A stretch of DNA of 64,000 nucleotides from Aquabacterium sp. (GCF_048860245.1 NZ_JBLIZW010000035.1:5882-69881), one strand, 5' to 3'. Shown: positions 9,518 through 18,537, counted from the first letter of the stretch. Notes: generated by a model not told the origin, from the sequence alone. Program-made: numbers and translations.

Positions 9518-10789
9518 TCAGTCGGGGCGGCGCAGTGTGAACTGCATGACATCGGTGTTGCCGTGCTCGAAGGCTGCTTCGCAGTAGGCGAGGTAGAAGG
9601 TCCAGATGCGCACAAAGCGCGTGTCGAACCCGAGTCGGGCGACATCGTTTTCGCGCTGCAGGAAGGCGTCACGCCAGCGGCGCAGGGTTTCGGCATAGTC
9701 GTGGCCAAAGGCCAGACGCCGCTCGACGACCAAGCCAGCCTTCTGCGCCATGGCCTCAAAGCGGCTGGGACTGGGCAGCATCCCGCCCGGAAAGATGTAC
9801 TGTTGGATGAAATCGGTGGAGCGGCTGTAGCGGTCAAACAGGTCATCCCGAATGGTGATGGTCTGGACACAGGCCTTGCCACCGGGCTTCAGGCAGCGTT
9901 TGAGGGTGTCGAAGTAGCTGGGCCAGTAAGACTGCCCCACGGCTTCGAACATTTCGATGGAAACAATCGCGTCAAACGGTTCGTGCTCGTGTGCTGCGGC
10001 CAGGTCCCGATAGTCCTGGTAGCGCAAGTCGGCCAGATCGGCGCGGCCGGATTCGGCCATGCGTGTGCGAGCCCAAGCCAGTTGTTCACGCGACAGCGTG
10101 ACCCCCGTGACATGGGCCTGAAACTGCTTGGCGGCTGTTTCGGCAATGGCGCCCCAGCCGCAGCCAATCTCCAGCACGCGGGAGCCTTCTTGGACGCCAG
10201 CCTCGGTCAGGGCACGCATCATCTTGGCGACTTGTGCGGCCTGTAAGTCAGCGCTGGCGCGTTCGGCCCGGGGTCGGCCTTCGAACCAGGCGCTGGAGTA
10301 GTTCATCGACGGGTCCAGCCACAGGCGATAGAAGTCGTTGCCCAGGTCGTAGTGCGCGTGGATGTTCTTGGCGCTGCCTCGACGCGAGTTGCGATTCAAG
10401 GCGTGCTTGATGCGGTAGAGCAGGGCGCCCCACCACGAGCCATAGACGACTTGCTCCAGGTGCTCCCGGTTCATGATGAACAGCGACAGCAAATCGGTCA
10501 GATGAGGGGTGCTCCAGTCACCATCGATGTAGCTTTCGGCAAAGCCGATGTCGCCGGATTTGAGCGTGCGCTCAAACACCCGCCAGTTGTGCAGACGAAT
10601 CGTGCCCCGAGGCGCCGAGTCTTCCGCGTGTGCGGCATGGGGAAAGTGACTGACTTGACCGTCTGGCCACTGAATGGTCAGGCGTCCATGAGCGAGCTGA
10701 TCAAGCAGGCGAAACACAGTGCGAGCCGCAGCAGGCGCATCGGCAGGCAAGCTGGGCTTGACGGTGGCGGTGTGGGTGGCAGTGGTCAT
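9518..10789 (-). CDS. Cyclopropane-fatty-acyl-phospholipid synthase family SAM-dependent methyltransferase
   Basis: Trimmed to ATG at 10789, which overlaps the DUF1365 stop (ATGA). SAM-binding motif VLEIGCGWG. CMAS-family hallmarks (HYDLGNDFY, MFEAVG, QTITI). Confidence 0.85.
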   Translation of the reverse strand: MTTATHTATVKPSLPADAPAAARTVFRLLDQLAHGRLTIQWPDGQVSHFPHAAHAEDSAPRGTIRLHNWRVFERTLKSGDIGFAESYIDGDWSTPHLTDLLSLFIMNREHLEQVVYGSWWGALLYRIKHALNRNSRRGSAKNIHAHYDLGNDFYRLWLDPSMNYSSAWFEGRPRAERASADLQAAQVAKMMRALTEAGVQEGSRVLEIGCGWGAIAETAAKQFQAHVTGVTLSREQLAWARTRMAESGRADLADLRYQDYRDLAAAHEHEPFDAIVSIEMFEAVGQSYWPSYFDTLKRCLKPGGKACVQTITIRDDLFDRYSRSTDFIQQYIFPGGMLPSPSRFEAMAQKAGLVVERRLAFGHDYAETLRRWRDAFLQRENDVARLGFDTRFVRIWTFYLAYCEAAFEHGNTDVMQFTLRRPD

Positions 10790-11571
10790 CGTGTGATGAA
10801 GCGCTCGGGCGCATCGGGTTTGTGAAAGAAAGGGACCCGCTTGAACAGCAGTTGCAGGGCGTGCCAGTGAATGCGCACCACCACGCCGAGGGTCATGAAG
10901 GGATGTGTCAGGGACGTGCGCCACGCAGCGGCGCGGGTGTAGGGCTGAAGCTCGCCGCCGATGCTGGTTTGCACCAACGGACCGCCGGCATCGTGCAAAT
11001 CAATGCGGGCATGGATGCGCTGAGGTGTTCGGGTGAAGCAAAAGGTGTAGTGACCTGCCACCGAGTTGAACGGCGAGACGTGAAACACCTTGCTGGCTTG
11101 AATGGGGCGACCCCATGCGAGGTCCGGACCGGTCAGCAGATAGCAATGCCGCTCACCGAAGGTGTTGTTGACTTCGGCCACCACGGCGGCCAAGGTGCCG
11201 TCGCGGCGTTCGGCGATCCAGAAGCTCACCGGCTTGAAGGTGTGGCCCAGTACGCGTGGATAGGTCAGCAGCCAGATTTCGCCATCGGCATCGTCGATGC
11301 CTTCGTGATACAGCAGCTGCTCGATCCAGTGCAAGGCGTCAGATTCTTGATGGCCATGGTCCTGATCCCGAAAGGACATCAGCCCCCACTTTTTGCGAGG
11401 GATCGGCCAACCGTGTGCGCGACCCGCCCGCATGGGCAGAAGCACGAAATAGCTGCGGTGCCGAAACGCATGCCGAGCCGGACGCAGGCGCTGATGCCAG
11501 ACATGGCCCACGCCCAGCAGGGCTTGAGGTGGGGCTTCGCGGGTGATGGGGGTGACGTCCATGGTCGGCAT
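10786..11571 (-). CDS. DUF1365 family protein
   Basis: Contains the HVWHQRLRPARHAFRHRSYF motif typical of DUF1365. Start chosen at 11571 (alternative 11562), 12 nt after the upstream stop. Confidence 0.75.
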   Translation of the reverse strand: MPTMDVTPITREAPPQALLGVGHVWHQRLRPARHAFRHRSYFVLLPMRAGRAHGWPIPRKKWGLMSFRDQDHGHQESDALHWIEQLLYHEGIDDADGEIWLLTYPRVLGHTFKPVSFWIAERRDGTLAAVVAEVNNTFGERHCYLLTGPDLAWGRPIQASKVFHVSPFNSVAGHYTFCFTRTPQRIHARIDLHDAGGPLVQTSIGGELQPYTRAAAWRTSLTHPFMTLGVVVRIHWHALQLLFKRVPFFHKPDAPERFITR

Positions 11572-11582
11572 CCTGGGCGTGC

Positions 11583-12893
11583 TCAGGCGGCGTGGCGAAC
11601 CGAGGCCTGCAATGTGGCGTTCAGGTCTTGCGCTGCGCGCAGGCCGGCCTGGAAGCCATCTTCGTGGAAGCCGTAGCCACACCAGGCGCCGGCATACCAG
11701 GTGCGCTGCTGTCCTTGAATGGTGTGCAGCGTGCGTTGTGCGTCGATGGCGGCCTGATCGAAGACCGGGTGGTCGTACTCGATGGTTTGAATGACCTGAT
11801 CAGCGCGGGGTTCACGCAGGGGGTTGAGCGACACGATCACCGAGCGCTGCCATGGCAGGGGCTGAAGACGGTTGATGAGGTAGTGCAGGCACACGGGGGC
11901 ATCGTGGTTGCCTTGCGGCACCGCTCGCTCGTAGTTCCAGGCCGCCCAGGCCATGCGACGCTTGGGCAGCAGTGTTTCGTCGGTGTGCAGGACGGCGCGG
12001 TTTGGCTGGTAGCGGATCGCTCCCAGCAGGCGGGATTCTTGCGGGCTGGCCTGATGGCCCAGCAAGCGAAGGGCTTGGTCGCTGTGACAGGCCAGCACCA
12101 CGCCATCGAATCGCTCGTTGCCATGGGGGGTGTGCACGACGACCTCGTCAGACAGGCGCGTCAGCGACGTCACGGGGGTGTTCAGTCTTGCGTCCGGCAA
12201 GTGCTGAATCACCTTGCGGACATATTCCCGCGAGCCCCCCTTCACGGTGAACCACTGCGGACGATTGGCCACCTGCAGCAGGCCGTGGTTGTGACAGAAC
12301 CGAATCATGGTGGCCATCGGAAAGCGCAGCATTTGCTCGGTTGGGCACGACCAGATGCAAGCCACCATGGGCAGGAAATAGTCTTCCTTGAAGGCGTCAC
12401 CGAACGCATGCTGGTCCAGAAATTCGCCGATGGGCTGCCGCAGCGCCACGTCTTCACCACGTTGAGCCAGCGAGGTGGTCAAGCCGTTGAAGCGGACGAT
12501 GTCTTTCAACATTGACCAAAAACGAGGGCGCAGCAGGTTACGGCGCTGCGCAAACACGGTGTTGAGGGAGCTGCCACTCCACTCAAGGTGATCTTGCCCA
12601 CGGCCTTTGCGGGGGCTTTGCACCGAGAACGACATGTCCGACGGCGCGCACGCCACGTTCAGCGTCTCGAACAACTGGATCAGGCCGGGGTAGGTCCGCT
12701 CGTTGTAGACCAGAAAGCCGGTGTCCACACCGTGGGTGATGCCGTCCAGGGTCACATCCACGGTGTTGGCATGCCCCCCGAAGTGCGAGCCGGCCTCGAA
12801 CACCGTGACTTGGTGAGCACGGTCGGTCTGAGTGAGGTGCCAGGCGGCACTCAGACCGCTGATGCCTGATCCGATGACAGCAATGCGCGACAT
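11583..12893 (-). CDS. NAD(P)/FAD-dependent oxidoreductase (amine-oxidase/desaturase-like)
   Basis: N-terminal dinucleotide-binding motif MSRIAVIGSGISGLSAAW. First gene of the minus-strand operon. Confidence 0.85.
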   Translation of the reverse strand: MSRIAVIGSGISGLSAAWHLTQTDRAHQVTVFEAGSHFGGHANTVDVTLDGITHGVDTGFLVYNERTYPGLIQLFETLNVACAPSDMSFSVQSPRKGRGQDHLEWSGSSLNTVFAQRRNLLRPRFWSMLKDIVRFNGLTTSLAQRGEDVALRQPIGEFLDQHAFGDAFKEDYFLPMVACIWSCPTEQMLRFPMATMIRFCHNHGLLQVANRPQWFTVKGGSREYVRKVIQHLPDARLNTPVTSLTRLSDEVVVHTPHGNERFDGVVLACHSDQALRLLGHQASPQESRLLGAIRYQPNRAVLHTDETLLPKRRMAWAAWNYERAVPQGNHDAPVCLHYLINRLQPLPWQRSVIVSLNPLREPRADQVIQTIEYDHPVFDQAAIDAQRTLHTIQGQQRTWYAGAWCGYGFHEDGFQAGLRAAQDLNATLQASVRHAA

Positions 12894-12925
12894 GGTGAGT
12901 CCTTTGAACTTTTTGGTTCTCTGTG

Positions 12926-12958
12926 TGAACTGATTAGTTCAAATAATAACCAATTGGT
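12926..12958. promoter_or_regulatory. Two palindromes in an AT-rich divergent promoter region (candidate TetR operator)
   Basis: TGAACT-gatt-AGTTCA at 12926-12941. Perfect 10-bp palindrome ACCAATTGGT at 12949-12958. Both lie in the 112-bp spacer between the oxidoreductase start and the tetR start. Confidence 0.35.
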
Positions 12959-13005
12959 ATCAACTTTGCACGAGTGGGTATTTTATTTGGGCGAGGCCGC
13001 CTACA

Positions 13006-13626
13006 ATGCGAGGCATGGCGCGTCCTTCCTACAAAGAACAAATGCAGCGCTTCCGCGAGGAGGCCATCGTTGAGGCTGTCAATCGCTTGTTGGCCACCAA
13101 GGGCTATGACGCCATGACGGTCGATGAAGTCGCCGCCGAGGCGGGCATGGCCAAGGCCAGCGTGTACAAGCACTTTGCGTCGAAAGAAGACTTGGCGGCC
13201 GCTGCCATGGTGCGGGCGCTGGATCGGGCGTTGGCTTTTGTGGATGACCTGCGTGCGCAAGCCGACGTGCCGGCGCTGGATCAACTCAAGGCGATTGCCC
13301 GTTGGGCCATGCAGGCGCAACTGGCGGGCGAGATGCCGGCCCTGCCGTCCCAGAACTCGTCGCTGACGGCCACGCTGCAGGCCAATGACGACTACATGGA
13401 CCGCTTGATCGACCTCAGCAACAAGATCAGCATCTGGATCACGCAGGGGCAGACCCGTGGGCAACTCAACCCCGATTTGCCGCTGGAGATGATCATGTAC
13501 ATCCTCTTTGCACGGGCGTGCGATCCGGTGGTGGCCATGCTCAAAGCTTCGGGGCAGTACACCGACGACCAGATCCTGGACTGGGCCACCACCACGACCT
13601 TTGGCGGTCTGGCCCCCCAACGCTGA
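13006..13626 (+). CDS. TetR/AcrR family transcriptional regulator
   Basis: N-terminal HTH region (EAIVEAVNRLLATKGYDAMTVDEVAAEAGMAKASVYKHFASKEDL). Divergent from the lipid operon. Confidence 0.85.
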   Translation: MRGMARPSYKEQMQRFREEAIVEAVNRLLATKGYDAMTVDEVAAEAGMAKASVYKHFASKEDLAAAAMVRALDRALAFVDDLRAQADVPALDQLKAIARWAMQAQLAGEMPALPSQNSSLTATLQANDDYMDRLIDLSNKISIWITQGQTRGQLNPDLPLEMIMYILFARACDPVVAMLKASGQYTDDQILDWATTTTFGGLAPQR

Positions 13627-13662
13627 GCGCTACGCGCTACACTGAGGGCTCACTTGCCTGCC

Positions 13663-14016
13663 ATGTGTGCCATGACGGTTGTTCGCTTTGTGATGACTAT
13701 GCTGTTGGCGATGTTGCTGCCCATGGGCAGCGCATGGGCCAAGCATTGCCATGAGGCGGGGGCGCTTGTGACAGATGTGGTGGCCCACGCTGACACCCAC
13801 CGCGCGGAGGCTGCCTCCTCACGGCATGCGTGTCAGCATGCCGGGCACGGTCGCTGTCATGCCATGTCGGGTGCGTGCTGTGTGGCTTGTCCTGCGGCGG
13901 TGCCCACGCAGGTGCCGACCTTGACGGTGCGGTCACACGTGGTGTTTCCGCCTTTGTCGACCCCACCGCTGGCCTTCCTCACCGACGGACCGGATCGGCC
14001 CCCCAGAACTTGTTGA
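13663..14016 (+). CDS. Small secreted Cys/His/Met-rich protein (possible CopL/DUF2946-like metal-binding protein)
   Basis: Signal peptide (MTVVRFVMTMLLAMLLPMGSAWA). Mature part is rich in His/Cys (KHCHE, HADTH, HACQHAGHGRCHAMSGACCVAC). Located directly upstream of the copper genes. Start is ambiguous (13654 TTG, 13663 or 13672 ATG). Confidence 0.5.
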   Translation: MCAMTVVRFVMTMLLAMLLPMGSAWAKHCHEAGALVTDVVAHADTHRAEAASSRHACQHAGHGRCHAMSGACCVACPAAVPTQVPTLTVRSHVVFPPLSTPPLAFLTDGPDRPPRTC

Positions 14017-14116
14017 TGCCGCCTCCCTCAGCCAACTGAGGGACTTGGGCCCTGCGTCACGCGCAGGATCTGGCCGTGCACGTACCCGCGTGCTGGCCTT
14101 TGAACAAGTTTTCATC

Positions 14117-15535
14117 ATGCAAACATCCAAGTGGATGTCCGCACGGCCGCTCCTGCTGAGCCTGGCTGTGCTGACCCTGGCAGGCTGCGCCAGCCTGTCT
14201 GACGATGGCGGGACCGGGCCGGTCCGCCAATTGACCCAATCGCGATTGGGCACCACCGCCACGCCGCCACGCACCGAGGCCGACCGGCAAGCCAGTCAGG
14301 CACGTGTTGCCGAGTTGCTGCAACGGCCCCTGACGCCGGACAGTGCTGTCGAAATTGCCTTGTTGAACAACCGGCAACTGCAGGCCCGTTATGCCGCATT
14401 GGGCGTGGTCGAGGCCGACCGTGTTCGGGCCGGGCGCTTGGCCAACCCCACGTTCAGTTTCGGTCAGCGCCGGGGCGATGGCGAAACCGAGATCGACCGC
14501 AGCCTGATGTTCAATGTGCTGGGCTTGTTGACCGTGCCGTTGAATGAGCAGGCCGCCGCGCGCACGCTCGAGAGAGGCCAGTTGCAGCTGGCCGCCGACA
14601 CCGTGGATGCTGCGCACGAGGCACGACGCGCCTACATTGACGCGGTTGCCGCACAGCAACTGTGGGCGTACGCCCAGCAAGTGCAGGATGCGGCCGATGC
14701 GGCGGCCGAGCTGGCGCAGCGCATGCTGGCTGCCGGGCATTTCAACAAGCTCGACCAGATGCGAGAACAGGCGTTTGCCGCCGATGCGCGGCTGCAAGTG
14801 ACACGGGCTCAGCATGAGGTGACGGCATCGCGCGAGCGGCTCATTCGGGTGCTGGCGCTGGAGGCGGCACAAACCACATTCCAGCTGCCCGCTCGTTTGC
14901 CGGATCTGCCCGCACACGAGGCCCCGGCTCAGCAGGCCGAGCAACAGGCGCTGGACCAACGCCTGGATGTGCAGATGGCCAAACGCGCCGCCGAGGCCAC
15001 GGCCGCGGATCTGGGGTTGACACGCCGCACGCGCCTGATCAATGTGCTGCATGCGGGCTACCAGAACGCCAGCACCACGGGCGCCAGCTTGAGTCAGGGC
15101 TATGAAGTGGAGTTGGCGTTGCCGCTGTTCGACTTTGGCGAGGCCCGCGTGGCTCGTGCCGAAGCCCTGTACATGCAGTCGGTGCATCAGGCGGCGCAGG
15201 TGGCCATCCAGGCCCAGTCCGAAGTCCGTGAGGCGCACTCGGCTTACCGGGCCGCTTACGCCCAGGCCCGACATTACCAGGACGAGGTGGTGCCCCTGCG
15301 GCAGCGCATCTCGGACGAAATGCTCCTTCGCTACAACGGCATGTTCAACAGCGTGTTCGAGTTGCTGGCCGATGCGCGCGAACAGGTGCGCAGCGTGACG
15401 GGTGCGGTGCAGGCCTTGCGCCAGTTCTGGCTGGCCGAGTCGCAACTGCAAACCGCGGTCTATGGCCGAGGGGGCAGTCTGACCGGACTGGGTGAGGCCT
15501 CCACCACGGCCACCCCATCTGCCGCCACACATTGA
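14117..15535 (+). CDS. TolC/NodT-family outer-membrane efflux lipoprotein
   Basis: Trimmed to ATG at 14117. Lipobox LTLAGC. Two-repeat OMF-type alpha-helical sequence of about 470 aa. Confidence 0.85.
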   Translation: MQTSKWMSARPLLLSLAVLTLAGCASLSDDGGTGPVRQLTQSRLGTTATPPRTEADRQASQARVAELLQRPLTPDSAVEIALLNNRQLQARYAALGVVEADRVRAGRLANPTFSFGQRRGDGETEIDRSLMFNVLGLLTVPLNEQAAARTLERGQLQLAADTVDAAHEARRAYIDAVAAQQLWAYAQQVQDAADAAAELAQRMLAAGHFNKLDQMREQAFAADARLQVTRAQHEVTASRERLIRVLALEAAQTTFQLPARLPDLPAHEAPAQQAEQQALDQRLDVQMAKRAAEATAADLGLTRRTRLINVLHAGYQNASTTGASLSQGYEVELALPLFDFGEARVARAEALYMQSVHQAAQVAIQAQSEVREAHSAYRAAYAQARHYQDEVVPLRQRISDEMLLRYNGMFNSVFELLADAREQVRSVTGAVQALRQFWLAESQLQTAVYGRGGSLTGLGEASTTATPSAATH

Positions 15536-15547
15536 GGAGATCACCAT

Positions 15548-16915
15548 ATGAGCAACCGTCGAGGTTTTTTCAAGACCGCTGGTGCCTCCCTGCTGGGCGC
15601 AGCCACGGTCAGCCGCGTCAGTGCGGCATCCCTGCCTGAACTGGTATCGCAACCCTCACCCCTGACCGAGGTGCCCCCCCCGCCGCCCAACGGGCGACCG
15701 TTTCAACCCATGATCACCCTCAACGGCTGGTCGCTGCCCTGGCGCATGAAGGATGGCGTCAAGGAGTTCCATCTGGTGGCCGAGCCCGTGGTGCGTGAGA
15801 TCGCACCGGGCATGACGGCCCGGCTATGGGGTTACAACGGACAAAGCCCCGGCCCCACCATCCAGGCGGTAGAAGGCGACCGTGTACGCATCTACGTCAC
15901 CAACCGCTTGCCCGAACCCACCACGGTGCACTGGCACGGCATTTTGTTGCCTTCGGGCATGGATGGCGTGGCCGGCCTGACTCAGCCCCCCATCGGGCCC
16001 GGTAAGACCTGGGTGTACGAATTCGTGCTGCAGCGCTCGGGCACCTTCATGTACCACCCGCACGCCGACGAGATGGTGCAGATGGCAATGGGGCTGATGG
16101 GCATGTTCGTCGTGCACCCCAAGAACCCGGCGCAGCACCCAGTCGATCGGGACTTCGGCTTTTTGCTCAATGCCTACGACATTGACCCCGGTGCCATGAC
16201 CCCGCGCGTCAACACCATGCTCGACTTCAATCTGTGGACCTGGAACAGCCGTGCCTTTCCCGGCATCGACCCCCTGGTGGCCCGCACCGGAGACCGGGTG
16301 CGCATCCGTGTGGGCAACCTCACCATGACCAACCACCCCATTCACATGCATGGCCCGCACTTTGAAGTGACCGGCACCGACGGTGGCTGGGTCCCCCCCA
16401 CCGCACGCTGGCCCGAAGTCACCACCGACATTGGTGTGGGCCAAATGCGTGCCATCGAGTTTGATGCGGTGGCGGGCGACTGGTCGCTGCATTGCCACAA
16501 GTCGCACCACACCATGAACGCCATGGGGCATGGCGTGCCCAACATGATCGGGGTGGACCAGCGTGATGTGGCCCGCAAGATCACCCGTCTCATCCCCGAT
16601 TACATGGCCATGGGGCAACACGGCATGCACGAGATGGCCGAGATGGAGATGCCCTTGCCCGACAACACCCTGCCGATGATGACGGGGCAGGGGCCGTTCG
16701 GTGCCATTGGCATGGGCGGCATGTTCAGCGTGATCAAGGTGCGGGACCACCTTCGCAAGGGTGACTACCGCGACCCCGGTGACTACGCCCATCCGCCCGG
16801 CACGCTGGCGCGGGAGGTGCACGTCGACACCCCCGTGCCTGTGCGAGCCCCCTCCGCCCCAGCGTCATCAGAAACGCTGAACGTTCGCAAACCCCAAGGT
16901 CACGCCGGCCATTGA
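15548..16915 (+). CDS. Tat-exported multicopper oxidase (CopA/PcoA-like) with a Met-rich insert
   Basis: GGAGA RBS. Twin-arginine signal SNRRGFFKTAG. Copper-ligand motifs HWHG, YHPH, HPIHMHG, HCHKSHH. Met/His-rich stretch MAMGQHGMHEMAEMEMP. Confidence 0.9.
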   Translation: MSNRRGFFKTAGASLLGAATVSRVSAASLPELVSQPSPLTEVPPPPPNGRPFQPMITLNGWSLPWRMKDGVKEFHLVAEPVVREIAPGMTARLWGYNGQSPGPTIQAVEGDRVRIYVTNRLPEPTTVHWHGILLPSGMDGVAGLTQPPIGPGKTWVYEFVLQRSGTFMYHPHADEMVQMAMGLMGMFVVHPKNPAQHPVDRDFGFLLNAYDIDPGAMTPRVNTMLDFNLWTWNSRAFPGIDPLVARTGDRVRIRVGNLTMTNHPIHMHGPHFEVTGTDGGWVPPTARWPEVTTDIGVGQMRAIEFDAVAGDWSLHCHKSHHTMNAMGHGVPNMIGVDQRDVARKITRLIPDYMAMGQHGMHEMAEMEMPLPDNTLPMMTGQGPFGAIGMGGMFSVIKVRDHLRKGDYRDPGDYAHPPGTLAREVHVDTPVPVRAPSAPASSETLNVRKPQGHAGH

Positions 16916-16930
16916 TTTCAGGAGCACACC

Positions 16931-17269
16931 ATGATTCGAAACCTGTTGTGGCGCACGGTACTGGCAACCAGCGTCACGCTGGCGCACGCCCAAACGACCG
17001 AGCCCCCTCACGACCACGGCGCGGCGACGCACGACCATGCCGCGCATGAACTGGCCGATGGTGAAGTCCGCAAGATCGACCTGGCGCAAGGCAAGCTCAC
17101 GCTGCGTCATGGGCCCATTGCCAGCATCGACATGCCACCCATGACCATGGTCTACAAGGTGGCGCAACCCGTCTGGCTCAAGGGGTTGAAAGTGGGGGAC
17201 CGCATTCGCTTCCAGGCCGCGCAGATCAAGGGGGCTTATGTGGTGACCCAGATCGAGCCGGCACACTGA
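16931..17269 (+). CDS. CusF-like periplasmic copper-binding protein
   Basis: AGGAG RBS. Signal peptide, a His-rich N-terminus (HDHGAATHDHAAHE), and a CusF-type fold motif (GEVRKIDLAQGKLTLRHGPIASIDMPPMTMVYKV). Confidence 0.8.
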   Translation: MIRNLLWRTVLATSVTLAHAQTTEPPHDHGAATHDHAAHELADGEVRKIDLAQGKLTLRHGPIASIDMPPMTMVYKVAQPVWLKGLKVGDRIRFQAAQIKGAYVVTQIEPAH

Positions 17270-17301
17270 GTGCCGCGTCACGGCTCAGTGATCCCCCAAT
17301 G

Positions 17302-17328
17302 AAAAGAGGCTCCCGAAGGAGCCTCTTT
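17302..17328. terminator. Bidirectional rho-independent terminator hairpin
   Basis: AAAAGAGGCTCC-cgaa-GGAGCCTCTTT lies between the convergent cusF-like and thiolase genes. Confidence 0.6.
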
Positions 17329-17352
17329 GTCAGGGAGCGATCAGACCGGAGA

Positions 17353-18537
17353 TCAGACGCGCTCGATCACCAGGGCGATGCCTTGGCCGCCACCGATACA
17401 CATCGTGATCAGGGCGTAACGGCCGCCAGTGCGTTGCAGTTCATAGATGGCCTTGGTCACCAGGATGGCGCCCGTGCCACCCACGGGGTGACCCAGCGAG
17501 ATGCCCGAACCGTTGGGGTTGACCTTCTCGTTGTCCAGACCCAGTTCCTTGGCCACGGCACAAGCTTGAGCGGCGAAGGCTTCGTTGGCTTCGATCACGT
17601 CCATGTCGGCGACGGTCAGGCCTGCCTTGGCCAGCGCGTTGCGCGAAGCAGGCACCGGGCCAATGCCCATGTACTCAGGCTCGACGCCAGCGTGACCATA
17701 GGACACCAGGCGAGCCAGCGGCTTCAGGCCCAGTTCCTTGGCCTTTTCGGCCGAGGCCATCACCACGGCGCCAGCGCCGTCGTTCAGGGTCGAGGCGTTG
17801 CCGGCGGTCACGGTGCCGTCTTCCTTCTTGAAGGCGGGCTTCATCTTGGCCAGGGCTTCGACGTTGGTGTCGGCCTTCACGCCTTCATCGGTGTCGAACA
17901 GCACCACGCCCTTGCGGGTCTTGATCTCGACCGGAACGATCTGTTCCTTGAAGTAGCCAGCGGCAATCGCCTTGGCTGCACGTTGTTGCGACTGCACAGC
18001 GTAAGCATCTTGCTGCTCACGGGTGATTTCGTAGCGTGCAGCAACGTTTTCAGCGGTGATGCCCATGTGGATGTGCATGCGTGGGTCGTGCAGGGCGCCC
18101 AGCATGTAGTCCAGCATCTTCACGTCGCCCATGCGAGCGCCCCAGCGGTTGCTGGTGACCAGATAAGCGCCACGGCTCATCGACTCGGTACCGGCACCCA
18201 CGGCCACTTCGCAGTCACCCAGTTGAATGGATTGAGCGGCCGACACGATGGCTTGCAAGCCCGAACCGCACAGACGGTTCACGTTGAAAGCGGGCGCCTC
18301 TTGAGGCACGCCGGCGTTCAGGGCGGCCACGCGGCTGATGTAAGCGTCTTGTGGGACGGAGGGGATCACGTGACCCACCACGACGTGACCCACGTCCTTG
18401 GCTTGCACGCCAGCGCGTTCCAGCGCGGTCTTGATCACCAGCGCGCCCAGATCTGCGGGCGGCACGTCCTTGAGCGCGCCACCGAATGCGCCGATGGCGG
18501 TACGGGCTGCGCCCACGAAGACGACTTCACGAGTCAT
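17353..18537 (-). CDS. Acetyl-CoA C-acetyltransferase (thiolase II)
   Basis: 394 aa. Thiolase signatures are present (NRLCGSGLQAI active-site Cys region, C-terminal GGGQGIALVIE). Confidence 0.9.
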   Translation of the reverse strand: MTREVVFVGAARTAIGAFGGALKDVPPADLGALVIKTALERAGVQAKDVGHVVVGHVIPSVPQDAYISRVAALNAGVPQEAPAFNVNRLCGSGLQAIVSAAQSIQLGDCEVAVGAGTESMSRGAYLVTSNRWGARMGDVKMLDYMLGALHDPRMHIHMGITAENVAARYEITREQQDAYAVQSQQRAAKAIAAGYFKEQIVPVEIKTRKGVVLFDTDEGVKADTNVEALAKMKPAFKKEDGTVTAGNASTLNDGAGAVVMASAEKAKELGLKPLARLVSYGHAGVEPEYMGIGPVPASRNALAKAGLTVADMDVIEANEAFAAQACAVAKELGLDNEKVNPNGSGISLGHPVGGTGAILVTKAIYELQRTGGRYALITMCIGGGQGIALVIERV

